A stretch of 32,000 nt of DNA from an uncultured archaeon (GTDB taxonomy: Archaea; Micrarchaeota; Micrarchaeia; Micrarchaeales; CABMGC01). The position numbers were made by a program, and so were the translations under genes. The notes below the pieces were generated by a model. It did no database searches. It was not told the origin of the DNA and saw only the letters and a program-made list of their open reading frames with translations. Where the stretch lies: positions 750,001 through 782,000 of the forward strand of contig OY969902.1 in assembly GCA_963704435.1 (NCBI GenBank), written 5' to 3'. Below, one piece after another: positions 15,381 to 24,335 of this stretch. The number at the start of each line of letters is the position of its first letter. Positions within the stretch are counted from its first letter, which is position 1.

Positions 15381-17186
15381 ATGAAAATCAACCTGCTGTT
15401 ATTGGCAATGCTGTCGCTGGCTGCCCTGGCTGCGGTCTCCAGTGCCTATGTTACGCAGATACACGCGATCGCCGTGCTCCAAGGCGAGGACAAGGGAATG
15501 ATCACTCCGGCGTACCTGAACCTCACTGCTGGCAACGGTGCGATCAAGTTCGTGGGGAACACGACCGTAAACCAGAGCACGCTCCAATCTGCGCAGACTG
15601 CGGTGGGCTACGCCACGTCCTATCTCGGTGTCAATGCGCTGAACTACAATTTCACCTATACGCTGGACACTAACGGAAGCTCGGCCTCGGGGCCCAGTGG
15701 CGGCCTCGCATTCACTCTGCTTGCGATAGCGGCCCTACAGCATAAGCAGCTCGCCCAGAACTTTGCCGTGACTGGGACCATATCGTCCAACGGAGCAGTG
15801 GGGCTGATAGGCGGAGCCTACGACAAGATAGGCGCGGCCAAGGCGGATGGCATCCGCTACGTCATGGTGCCATCTGCGTCCAATTCAAGCTTCGAAGGTC
15901 TGCTCTACTATATGTCGCAGCAGACATTCGGCATACCTGTCTTCGGGATCGGAAACGTGACCCAGGCGCTACCCTATGCGTTCGGTACATCCGTGCCCGG
16001 CCAGATAGGCATCGGGATATACCAGAATTACGGCGTCGGCGCAATGCCCTACGCGAACGTCACGTGCCGCGGATGCAACACGAGCTCCTTCCTGACGCTC
16101 GTCAACGCGACGCAGGCCTTCTCAAAGGGATACGCGGAGAACATTACAGGGAACTTCAGCGCAGCGAAGTCCCAGCTTCTCAACAACCTCGGCGAGTACG
16201 GCGCGATCGAGGGGAAGGGCTACCTCTACACGGCCGCGGACTTCGCTTTCCTCGACTTCGTCAAGGCCTTCACGCTGTACAACGCGCACAACCTCAACCC
16301 CGCCGCAGCGGGGTCGGTCGTTTCGAACGTATCGTCATACTGCTCGTCGCTGGTCCCCGCCCCGATGACGAACGCGGACTATGAGTATGTCCTGGGCGGG
16401 AATCTCAGGAGCATGTGGGCGAACACCACGCTGAACCTGTCGAACGAGCTCCTGTCCTCACAGGAGACGACCGACGACCTGTTCCAGAGCGTATATGACG
16501 CGGGGCAGGCGCTCGGATGGTGCAAGGCGGCCAGCCTGCAATACCAGATAGCCTATTCGCTCGGAGGGACGTATGTTGCGGTCTCGCCAAGCCTCAAGCC
16601 CTATGTGACTGGCCTGATGAACAGCGTCAGCGGCTACGGGCCCAACATATACCTCACCTCAGCGGTCCAGGCCTACTCGTCCGGAGACTACGCGACGGCC
16701 CTCTATGCGCTCGAGTACGAGAAGGCTTTCGGCCAGCAGGTGCCTGCGAACCTCACAGACAGCCAGATAGTGAGCTTCGTGTCGAGCAGCGCGTCCAACT
16801 CCACTTTCGGCGTCTGGCCCACCGAGTTCTCCGCTCAGTCGGAGTTCTACCTTAACGAGGCGAACGCCGCCCAGAACGAGAGCGCGCGCCGCGGATACCT
16901 GGACCAGGCGTACTCGACCGCGCTTCTCGCGTCGGGCCTGTCCTCGGCCAACATCAAGCTGTCTAGCTCGCTCATAGCCTCGAACGTCACGTCGCAGGGC
17001 CAGATGGGCCAGCAGCTGCTCATGATCCAGCAGAGCATCTCGCAGATTTACGTGGTGCTGCTCCTGGTGCTCGTGCTGATGTTCGTGATGTTCGTCGCGA
17101 TCCTCGTGCTCGCGCTCAGAAGGCCTGCGGAATCCAAACCCGTGTCGCGCCCCGCTGCGGCCAGGCGCAGGCGAGCGCGAAGATGA
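15381..17186 (+). CDS. Extracytoplasmic Lon-like (S16 clan, COG1750-type) serine protease with signal peptide and C-terminal TM
   Basis: Signal MKINLLLLAMLSLAALAAVSSA; Ser region SSASGPSGGLAFTLLAIAAL; Lys region VTGTISSNGAVGLIGGAYDKIGAAKADGIRYVMVP; C-terminal TM IYVVLLLVLVLMFVMFVAILVLAL. Confidence 0.82.
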   Translation: MKINLLLLAMLSLAALAAVSSAYVTQIHAIAVLQGEDKGMITPAYLNLTAGNGAIKFVGNTTVNQSTLQSAQTAVGYATSYLGVNALNYNFTYTLDTNGSSASGPSGGLAFTLLAIAALQHKQLAQNFAVTGTISSNGAVGLIGGAYDKIGAAKADGIRYVMVPSASNSSFEGLLYYMSQQTFGIPVFGIGNVTQALPYAFGTSVPGQIGIGIYQNYGVGAMPYANVTCRGCNTSSFLTLVNATQAFSKGYAENITGNFSAAKSQLLNNLGEYGAIEGKGYLYTAADFAFLDFVKAFTLYNAHNLNPAAAGSVVSNVSSYCSSLVPAPMTNADYEYVLGGNLRSMWANTTLNLSNELLSSQETTDDLFQSVYDAGQALGWCKAASLQYQIAYSLGGTYVAVSPSLKPYVTGLMNSVSGYGPNIYLTSAVQAYSSGDYATALYALEYEKAFGQQVPANLTDSQIVSFVSSSASNSTFGVWPTEFSAQSEFYLNEANAAQNESARRGYLDQAYSTALLASGLSSANIKLSSSLIASNVTSQGQMGQQLLMIQQSISQIYVVLLLVLVLMFVMFVAILVLALRRPAESKPVSRPAAARRRRARR

Positions 17187-17190
17187 TCCC

Positions 17191-17640
17191 GTGCCGAACG
17201 ACCCCTTCTGCGGAAAGGGAATCCTCTCGGAGGTCTTCCTCGAGACCAGGCACTTCCTAGCGGTGCCCAACATAAGACCCATACTGCCGGGGCACGTAGT
17301 GGTCTTCCCCAAGAGGCACGCCGCGAGCCTGCTCGAGCTGGACGACGAGGAGATGCTGGACATGAGGGAGATGCTCTCGAGGCTCCTGCCCACGCTGCTC
17401 AGGCTGTACGTCTCGGGCTCGTACAACCTGGCCGTGAACCAGGGCGAGAGCGCCGGCATGACGATCGGGCACTTGCACCTGCACGTGCTCCCGAGGCGCG
17501 AGGGCGACTCCTTCCAGGCGGCCGGGCTCAGGGCGCTCTACACCGCGCTGTCCAAGGAGGAGGGCACAGCTCTGGAGCCGAAGGGCTTCGAGGCCGAGCT
17601 CAGGAGGCTGAGGAAGGCCTTCAGATACGTACAAGGATGA
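17191..17640 (+). CDS. HIT family nucleotide hydrolase/transferase
   Basis: LAVPNIRPILPGHVVVFPKRH...YNLAVNQGESAGMTIGHLHLHVLPRREGD (HxHxH triad). Confidence 0.9.
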   Translation: MPNDPFCGKGILSEVFLETRHFLAVPNIRPILPGHVVVFPKRHAASLLELDDEEMLDMREMLSRLLPTLLRLYVSGSYNLAVNQGESAGMTIGHLHLHVLPRREGDSFQAAGLRALYTALSKEEGTALEPKGFEAELRRLRKAFRYVQG

Positions 17641-18496
17641 GCGGCGCGAGGAGTATCGCGAAGACCGCGAACGCCATGGCCGCGAGGGTCGCGTTCCTCG
17701 CCGTGTCGTAGAATTCCCTGGTGCTCTTGCGGAGGTAGCCCGCGCCGTAGTAGAACAGCAGCGCGTCGCTGACCAGCACCATGACGCCGTATACCGCATT
17801 GGCCTTGAACGGCGCGATGGAGACGAACAGGTAGGCGCTTATCGCTATCGCGACGACGTACAGCGCAAGCGCCACCCAAGCGGCAGATTCCGTCCCTATG
17901 GCCTTCGGCAGCGTCCTCGCGTTCCTGACCTTCACGTCTCCTGAGTAGTCCCTGATTGTGCCGTGAATCTCCCTTCCGAGCCCGCTCAGGAATACCATCA
18001 CGCATATGGGCGCGATCGCAGGCGCGAGCGTGGTGCTGACCACGTAGTCCCCGAAGATGAAGGGTATGGCCATGGTGAATGCGATGTAGACGTTCCCTAC
18101 CAGCAGCACCTCCTTGAGCCGGTAGCTGTAGGCTATGGCGAGCAGCGCGAACGCGAGCGCGATCCAGAACGCGTACGGGTTTATGAACGCGCTGGCGGCC
18201 ACGCCTATCGCGAAGGACAGTGCGGAGATCCCAGCCGCCTCGGCCGGCTTCAGCGAGCCGTTTACAAGCGGCCTGTCGCGCCTCTTGTTTAGCTTATCGA
18301 CATCGATATCGAAGTAGTCGTTGAGCGCGAACGAGCCCATGCTTATGAATATGGGGGCGACCAGGCTCATCGCCAGCGCAAAAGGGCCAGGCAAGCTGCC
18401 TGTCTTGGCCAGCAGCTCAGCGGCGACTACCGCCACAACGAGCATCGCGCTGTGCTCTATCCTGGTCAGCTTGAGTACGGCCGCCGCCCTGTTCAT
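17621..18496 (-). CDS. UbiA prenyltransferase family, probable digeranylgeranylglyceryl phosphate synthase
   Basis: NDYFDIDVDKLNKRRDRPLVNGSL (NDxxDxxxD) and FLSGLGREIHGTIRDYSGDVKVRNARTLPKAIG. Multiple TM segments. Confidence 0.85.
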   Translation of the reverse strand: MNRAAAVLKLTRIEHSAMLVVAVVAAELLAKTGSLPGPFALAMSLVAPIFISMGSFALNDYFDIDVDKLNKRRDRPLVNGSLKPAEAAGISALSFAIGVAASAFINPYAFWIALAFALLAIAYSYRLKEVLLVGNVYIAFTMAIPFIFGDYVVSTTLAPAIAPICVMVFLSGLGREIHGTIRDYSGDVKVRNARTLPKAIGTESAAWVALALYVVAIAISAYLFVSIAPFKANAVYGVMVLVSDALLFYYGAGYLRKSTREFYDTARNATLAAMAFAVFAILLAPLILVRI

Positions 18497-18546
18497 GCTT
18501 TCCTGTTTGCGCGTAAAGGTATAAAAGCGCCGATGGGCCTAGTCCA

Positions 18547-19605
18547 TAGGGAGTTGACATTTACATTCAGTCACCTCGTCAAATACAAACCCCTTCACAT
18601 CACGTATTCGATCAGGTTTGCGAGGAGGCAGGAAAACACGTGAATCCTGACCTTCTTTATGCCAACGAACCTGTTCTTTGCAAGCCCGAACAGCTCCTTC
18701 AACCTTGCAAAGAGGTGTTCGACGGCCCACCTCTTCCCATACTCCGGATCCTTCGGGTTCTCTGTTTTCAGATACTTGTTGCCGCTTCTCGGGATTACTG
18801 GAGTTAGGCCATCGTCGCGCAACTGCATCCTTATCGCTGATGCGTGGTACTGTGCATCCGCAATGTATTTTGACTGATACTGCAGTTGAAAGGTCTTCTT
18901 TACTCTGTCGTACAGCGGCCAGAACATCTTCTTGTCGTTTGTGTTCGCAGGTATGACCTCAATTGCAAGTGGCGTTTCCGTCTCGGCTTCTACGATTACA
19001 TGTGGTTTATAACCGAAGAACAGTTCTTTCCCATTGCCGAGGTTTTGCATCAGTTGTTCTTTCCTTGACGGAGTTCTGTGCCCCCACCTCGCATCGCCGT
19101 CCTTGCGCGAATATGCGAAGACGTCGGTACTGTCCTGCACGATAAGTCGCAGTTGCCTTGATTTCATCCGGTCCTGCACTATCCAGTTGTGCAGTTCCGC
19201 AAACATCTCCGCATCCGACCGTTCCCGCACCTTCGAGAAGGTCGACGGATGCGGCTTCCTCGTGTAACCAAGGATCTTTCCTATCGGGTCCCTGACTAGG
19301 AACTCCGCGAGTCTTACGTCGGTAAGATTCTCATGTTGCCTTATCGCAAAGGCGACAAGATGCTTCGCAAACTTCCTCGTATGCCCGAACTTCTGCACGA
19401 TCACCTTAGCCGCAGCCCAAACTTCTATTATTTTATTCTTTAGTTCATAGATTTCCATTGTCTTCAACTCCTGGCAAGGCGGTCGATACACTGACGTATC
19501 GGCCGTCCAGGAGACTCACGACCTTATTTTCCCGACGATAAAAAGAGAAGAGAAAACCCCCGAAATCATATTGGGTGCAAAGACTTAAAATTTGTCAAGT
19601 CCCTA
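18547..19605 (-). mobile_element. IS5-like insertion sequence, copy 2 (1059 bp)
   Basis: Same ends and length as copy 1, opposite orientation. Flanked by an exact 8-bp direct repeat CTAGTCCA (18539-18546 and 19606-19613). Confidence 0.95.
18595..19491 (-). CDS. DDE transposase, IS4/IS5 superfamily (protein identical to 3076..3972)
   Basis: The 298-aa translation is identical to copy 1. Confidence 0.93.
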   Translation of the reverse strand: MYRPPCQELKTMEIYELKNKIIEVWAAAKVIVQKFGHTRKFAKHLVAFAIRQHENLTDVRLAEFLVRDPIGKILGYTRKPHPSTFSKVRERSDAEMFAELHNWIVQDRMKSRQLRLIVQDSTDVFAYSRKDGDARWGHRTPSRKEQLMQNLGNGKELFFGYKPHVIVEAETETPLAIEVIPANTNDKKMFWPLYDRVKKTFQLQYQSKYIADAQYHASAIRMQLRDDGLTPVIPRSGNKYLKTENPKDPEYGKRWAVEHLFARLKELFGLAKNRFVGIKKVRIHVFSCLLANLIEYVM

Positions 19606-20118
19606 CTAGTCCAGCGCCGCGCCGCAGCTGGCGCAATACTTCGCGCCCCTGGCCACCTTAGCGCCGCAGTGCGGGCAGAACTTGTTGGATCCGTCGCGGT
19701 CTCCTCCGGCATCCGCCGGCGCGCCGTCCCGCTCCCCCGATATCTTCTTCTCTATGAAGTTGGCCAGCGCGGATGCGTCGTCCCCGTCCAGGCCATCGAT
19801 CTCACCCTCGTCCTTTCCCGTCTTGAGCACCCCCTGCCCGGTATCGTAGCCCTGCAGGCGAATAAGCACAGAAGAGGAGACCATTCCGTGCTGGAGCCTG
19901 ACGCTCACTATCTGCTTGTAGGGGACGACCTCGTAGTCCTTCCTGAGCCCCATGGCCCCCCTGCTCGCGAGTATCATCCTCTTGTTGGTGCCCACGATCT
20001 TCATCGGATCCACCACCGACCCGCCGGGAGCGAACCTCTTCTGCTTCACCAGTATCTCCACGACTTCGTCGGGCCATAGCATGCCCTTCAGCTCGCTCGC
20101 GTCCTTTTCCGAAGGCAT
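19606..20118 (-). CDS. PH-like domain protein with C-terminal zinc ribbon (paralogue A)
   Basis: GTNKRMILASRGAMGLRKDYEVVPYKQIVSVRLQHGMVSSSVLIRL (bacterial-type PH) and FCPHCGAKVARGAKYCASCGAALD. Likely start MPSEKDASE at 20118, not 20223. Confidence 0.75.
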   Translation of the reverse strand: MPSEKDASELKGMLWPDEVVEILVKQKRFAPGGSVVDPMKIVGTNKRMILASRGAMGLRKDYEVVPYKQIVSVRLQHGMVSSSVLIRLQGYDTGQGVLKTGKDEGEIDGLDGDDASALANFIEKKISGERDGAPADAGGDRDGSNKFCPHCGAKVARGAKYCASCGAALD

Positions 20119-20201
20119 AAAACCGTAGATAGATGGGCTGCAGGATTTTAAAATGGTTGGTCTTGAAGGAGTGCCGTGCAGGCCCTTAGCCGGCCCATCC
20201 G

Positions 20202-20699
20202 CTATTCCAGAGGGATTCCGCAATTTGCGCAGCTCTCAGCGCCCTTGGGATTCCTGGCCCCGCAGCGCGGGCAGTACTGATAGATGCCCTTCTCGCCCTT
20301 CTCAGTGCTCCTGACCTTCTTGTTTATGAAGTCCATGAGGATCTTGGCGTCGCGGAACCTCAGCCCGTTGACCTCGCCCTCTTCCCTCTCGGTCGTGAGG
20401 AACCCCCGTCCCGTATCCCCTCCGAAAAGGCGCAAAATCACCGACGATGAGAATATGCCCCGCTCCAGCCTCACGTGCACTACCTTCGCGTACGTTATTA
20501 TCTCGTAGTCCTTCCTCAGTCCGAGCGCGGACCTGTTAATGATGATTATCCTCTCGTTGGTGCAGATGACCGAAGTCGGATTTATCGGGGCGCCTCCGGG
20601 CCCGACCCTCTTCTGCTTAACGGTGAGCTCCGCCCCCTCGTGGGGCCAGAGGAGGTGCGCTACCTTCCCTACCTCTACCTGGTCGATGGCCATGGACAT
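20202..20699 (-). CDS. PH-like domain protein with C-terminal zinc ribbon (paralogue B)
   Basis: CTNERIIIINRSALGLRKDYEIITYAKVVHVRLERGIFSSSVILRLFGGDTGRGFL and YCPRCGARNPKGAESCANCGIPLE. Clearly homologous to 19606..20118. Confidence 0.75.
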   Translation of the reverse strand: MSMAIDQVEVGKVAHLLWPHEGAELTVKQKRVGPGGAPINPTSVICTNERIIIINRSALGLRKDYEIITYAKVVHVRLERGIFSSSVILRLFGGDTGRGFLTTEREEGEVNGLRFRDAKILMDFINKKVRSTEKGEKGIYQYCPRCGARNPKGAESCANCGIPLE

Positions 20700-20776
20700 A
20701 GCTGCGCGGGTGATTCTTAAAAACCTTGCAGGAGCCCGCGATCGGACCGCCGCCGCGGGAAGATTGCGAAAGGTAA

Positions 20777-20784
20777 TATAAATT
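20777..20784 (+). promoter_or_regulatory. TATA box of tRNA-Ile
   Basis: TATAAATT about 29 bp upstream of the tRNA 5' end (20806). Confidence 0.6.
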
Positions 20785-20805
20785 GAGCCTCAAATACCCC
20801 CGTAA

Positions 20806-20880
20806 GGGTCCGTAGCTCAGCTTGGTTAGAGCGTCCGACTGATAATCGGGAGGTCCGGAGTTCAAATCTCCGCGGGCCCA
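20806..20880 (+). tRNA. tRNA-Ile(GAT)
   Basis: GGGTCCG/CGGGCCC acceptor, GCTC/GAGC D-stem, TCCGA-CTGATAA-TCGGG anticodon arm, CGGAG-TTCAAAT-CTCCG T-arm, A73. No intron. Confidence 0.97.
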
Positions 20881-20956
20881 TCATATGGCGCTTGGCGTGC
20901 TAGTTAGTGGGTATTAAAAAGTTGAGTTTGGTTCATTTAGGTGTGCGGGTTGTCAA

Positions 20957-21574
20957 ATGAAGCGGTACACTTTGGATGAGGGGAGGCGGCTGGTGAAGGC
21001 CGCAAGGAATGCGATAGAGATATTCGTAACCACCGCCAACTTCAGGCCTGAGGCCGTCGAGTCCACGCTAAGCGGCTTCGACTCGAAGCACGGAGTCTTC
21101 GTTACGCTGTACCACTATCCTACGAGGACGCTCAGGGGCTGCATAGGGTTCACCGAGGGGGTAAAGCCCATAAAGAAGCTGATTGTCGACGCCGCAATCG
21201 CGGCTGCAGCGGAGGATCCGCGATTCATTCCCATAATGGAGCCTGAGCTCGATCGCCTTACGGTTGAGGTCAGCATCCTGAGCGACGCAGAGAGGATGCG
21301 CGGAGAAGGAGAAGCGCTGAAGAACCAGATTCGAATAGGGACAGACGGCCTGATAATTGAGTATGGATACCACAGGGGCCTTCTTCTCCCGATAGTTCCC
21401 GTCGAGCAGAAATGGAGCGCTGAAGAATTCCTTAACAACCTGTGCGAGAAGGCGGGCATGCGGCCGCATATGTGGAGGCAGCATGGCGTCTCCCTGTTCA
21501 GGTTTTCGACGCAGGTGTTTGCGGAGAAGGAGCCGCGCGGAATGGTCGAGGAGGAAAAGCCTGCGGAATCCTGA
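20957..21574 (+). CDS. AMMECR1 domain protein
   Basis: GVFVTLYHYPTRTLRGCIGFTEG, AAAAAEDPRFIPI...ELDRLTVEVSILS, IGTDGLIIEYGYHRGLLLPIVPVEQKWSAEEFLNNLCEKAGM. Confidence 0.93.
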   Translation: MKRYTLDEGRRLVKAARNAIEIFVTTANFRPEAVESTLSGFDSKHGVFVTLYHYPTRTLRGCIGFTEGVKPIKKLIVDAAIAAAAEDPRFIPIMEPELDRLTVEVSILSDAERMRGEGEALKNQIRIGTDGLIIEYGYHRGLLLPIVPVEQKWSAEEFLNNLCEKAGMRPHMWRQHGVSLFRFSTQVFAEKEPRGMVEEEKPAES

Positions 21575-21584
21575 TGCAGATGCT

Positions 21585-22514
21585 TTACTGGTTGTTCGAC
21601 AGATAGGTCCTTGCCTCGATTGCAGCCTTGACACCGCTCGCGCTCGCGGTCGAAGCCTGCCTGTAGATCCTGTCCGCCACGTCCCCCGCGACGAACACCC
21701 CTGCAACGCTGGTCCTTACTGAGTCTTTGATCGCCACATATCCCTGGTCGTCGAGGTCCAGCTGGCCCTCGAATATCTTTGTGCTGGGGACATACCCAAT
21801 CGCCACGAAGACGCCGTCTATCGGCATCTCATTCTTCTCATTAGTCACGAGATTCTTCAGCACTACAGAAGTGACGCATATCCCATTGCCGCGTATCTCG
21901 TCAACGGCGCTGGTCCATATGACCTTTATCTTCTTGTTGGCAAGCACCCTGTTCTGAAGTATCTTGCTGGCCCTGAAGCTGTCGCGCCTGTGCACGATCG
22001 TGACCTCGTTCGCGAACCGGGTCAGGAAGTCGGAGTCTTCCATGGCCGTGTCGCCTCCGCCAACCACGATGACTTTCTTTCCCTTATAAAAACTTCCATC
22101 GCAAGTCGCGCAGGTAGACACGCCCTTACCTATGTATTTCCGCTCGGATTCGATGCCGAGCGTCCTGTACGTCGCGCCCGTGGCGATTATTACCGAGTCC
22201 GCCTCGTACGCCTTGCCCTCGGCCACGACCTTCAAGGGCCTGGACTTGAAGTCGACGCTCTCCACGTCCACGTCCTCAAACCTCGCGCCGAACTTCAGGG
22301 CCTGCTTCCTCATCCGGTCGATCAGCTCGTATCCCTGCACTCCGTCAGGAAAGCCCGGCATATTCTCCACGGTGGTCGTAAGCAGGAGCTGGCCACCAGG
22401 GTTCGATCCACCCAGCACCAGGGGAGAGAATCCCTCCCTCGCGGTATAAATCGCCGCAGACAGGCCAGCAGGACCGGCCCCGATGATTATGACTTTCTCT
22501 GCCATACTGAGCAC
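21585..22514 (-). CDS. trxB: Thioredoxin-disulfide reductase
   Basis: VIIIGAGPAGLSAAIYTARE, GVSTCATCDGSFYKGKKVIVVGGGDTAMEDSDFL (CATC active site), VAGVFVAGDVADRIYRQASTASASG. Confidence 0.93.
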   Translation of the reverse strand: MLSMAEKVIIIGAGPAGLSAAIYTAREGFSPLVLGGSNPGGQLLLTTTVENMPGFPDGVQGYELIDRMRKQALKFGARFEDVDVESVDFKSRPLKVVAEGKAYEADSVIIATGATYRTLGIESERKYIGKGVSTCATCDGSFYKGKKVIVVGGGDTAMEDSDFLTRFANEVTIVHRRDSFRASKILQNRVLANKKIKVIWTSAVDEIRGNGICVTSVVLKNLVTNEKNEMPIDGVFVAIGYVPSTKIFEGQLDLDDQGYVAIKDSVRTSVAGVFVAGDVADRIYRQASTASASGVKAAIEARTYLSNNQ

Positions 22515-22574
22515 AAACTATCTATGCGCAATAACATTTAATAGCTTTGAATCAGTCACTTACGCGGCGACCTG

Positions 22575-23543
22575 ATGACACTTGCTTTCGGCGACTACAG
22601 GGTGGCTCTGGACTCGAGCGACACGAGCGCGAACATCAGTTTCGTATCGCACGCGCATACCGACCACATGTCTGGAATAAGGAAGAACAGGAAGGTGCTC
22701 GCGAGCGGCGCGACGAAGGACCTGATAGAGAACCGGAGCGGCCTGAGCGTAGAGCTCGCGGAAGAGCTCGACTGCGTAGAGCTGCTGAGCGCGGGGCACA
22801 TACTCGGCTCAAGGCAGCTGTATGTGGAGAATGAGCTTCACGGCTATTCCGTGGTCTACAGCGGCGATTACCAGATGTCCGAGCCTGTGCTCGGCGAGAA
22901 GATAGAGACGAAGGAGGCTGACGTTCTGATAATGGACTCAACGTACCCGGACCCGAACATCGTGTTCGACGACAGGAATGAGGTAATAACCGCAATACAG
23001 CATTACGCGAGGATGAAGCTCGATAGGGGGATCGTGCTCTTCGGCGCGCCCATCATCGGGAGGGCGCAGGAACTGGTCCGCATACTCAACGAGGCGGGAA
23101 TAACGCCTCTCGTCGACGGGAGGATAGGCGGCGCCAACGCAGTTTACGAGAGGCATGGGATAGGCCTGTCCTACTCTCAGGCGGACCTCTCGGGAATCGA
23201 ACTCAGGGGAAGGGAGAACTTCGTGGCCGTGGTCGAGCAGTCGAAGCTCGACCAGCTGAAGGCGAAGCTCTCTGCAGGAGGGCAGCGTCGCGTCTTCACT
23301 GCGGTCGCGACCGGACTCGCGCGGTCCTTCTCCTTCGGTACCGATGTGCAGTTCGCGCTGAGCGACCACGCGGATTTCAGGCAGGCGCTCGAGTACATTT
23401 GCGCTTGCAGTCCGCGGCTTATACTGACCGTGGGCAGGAATTCGAGGACGTTCGCCAAGAATCTTGTTGGAGTGGGCTACAGCGCACGTCCCGTCACGAA
23501 CAGGTCCCAGATAAGCAGCGTCATGCAGATGGCGGATGGCTAG
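22575..23543 (+). CDS. MBL-fold beta-CASP-like nuclease/exonuclease
   Basis: ISFVSHAHTDHMSGI (HxHxDH), LLSAGHILGSRQLYVE, VVYSGDYQ, FALSDHADF. Short beta-CASP-like insert. Confidence 0.85.
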   Translation: MTLAFGDYRVALDSSDTSANISFVSHAHTDHMSGIRKNRKVLASGATKDLIENRSGLSVELAEELDCVELLSAGHILGSRQLYVENELHGYSVVYSGDYQMSEPVLGEKIETKEADVLIMDSTYPDPNIVFDDRNEVITAIQHYARMKLDRGIVLFGAPIIGRAQELVRILNEAGITPLVDGRIGGANAVYERHGIGLSYSQADLSGIELRGRENFVAVVEQSKLDQLKAKLSAGGQRRVFTAVATGLARSFSFGTDVQFALSDHADFRQALEYICACSPRLILTVGRNSRTFAKNLVGVGYSARPVTNRSQISSVMQMADG

Positions 23544-23548
23544 GTGCG

Positions 23549-24217
23549 CTAATTGGCGGCCGTTCGCGCGCGTTCGTGCCCCGCGGACTGAGGCACTACG
23601 AATGGCGATAGCAATTCGCACGCGTTTGTGTTTAGAGTCTTGCCTTGGATTATGTCTCTCGCATAATTGCAGAGATTCCTTATCTCCTTCATCGAACCGC
23701 CCCCTATTCCCCTCTTCAAGGAATTGCCAATTTCAAAATTCCTTAGGCTTACGGCCGAATCTCCAAACATTGCCTCCTTCTCAGGGCCGTCCCTCAGCTC
23801 TTTTACCATTGAACTGTCCATTTCGAACTTCTTCAGGATCCGGATCGAATCCTCCAGGTCTTTAAATGGAATGTAGCTATCCTCTTGCGTTGCGCGTATA
23901 AGTTTTGCCGCCTCAAATAATGCGTTCATCTTGATGATGGCGGCTTCTGCCAAGCGCCCGTCCGTCCTTTCGTCCTTGCCATCCCCCACCAGAATGATCC
24001 TCCTATAAATTTCCATCAATGCATAGTCCTGCAGAAAAGAAAGGGCTCTATCATTCAATCTAATGGAAATGTTGTTCCTGGTTGCCTGCAGCCTGTCCCG
24101 CCACAAAATCCAATCCCTATAATTTGAATTGGCGTGCGTGACGCTCCCTTGCATAGCCAGTAGGTCAGTATAATCGAAGTCTTTCCATTCGTCATCAACA
24201 AGCTTCATCTCCACCAC
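23549..24217 (-). CDS. Hypothetical protein, predicted largely alpha-helical
   Basis: Uninterrupted 222-aa ORF filling a gap. No motif recognised. Start could be ATG for MKLVDDEWKDF. Confidence 0.55.
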   Translation of the reverse strand: MVEMKLVDDEWKDFDYTDLLAMQGSVTHANSNYRDWILWRDRLQATRNNISIRLNDRALSFLQDYALMEIYRRIILVGDGKDERTDGRLAEAAIIKMNALFEAAKLIRATQEDSYIPFKDLEDSIRILKKFEMDSSMVKELRDGPEKEAMFGDSAVSLRNFEIGNSLKRGIGGGSMKEIRNLCNYARDIIQGKTLNTNACELLSPFVVPQSAGHERARTAAN

Positions 24218-24335
24218 TATGGAAGCTTGTTTTCAAAGGTATTTATTCCTTATCCGTAAACTGTCCCTAGGCGCATCCTCCAAATATCACAGGTATTTAA
24301 AGAACGGATGGCAAATATCTTAGGGGGCATTTCCG

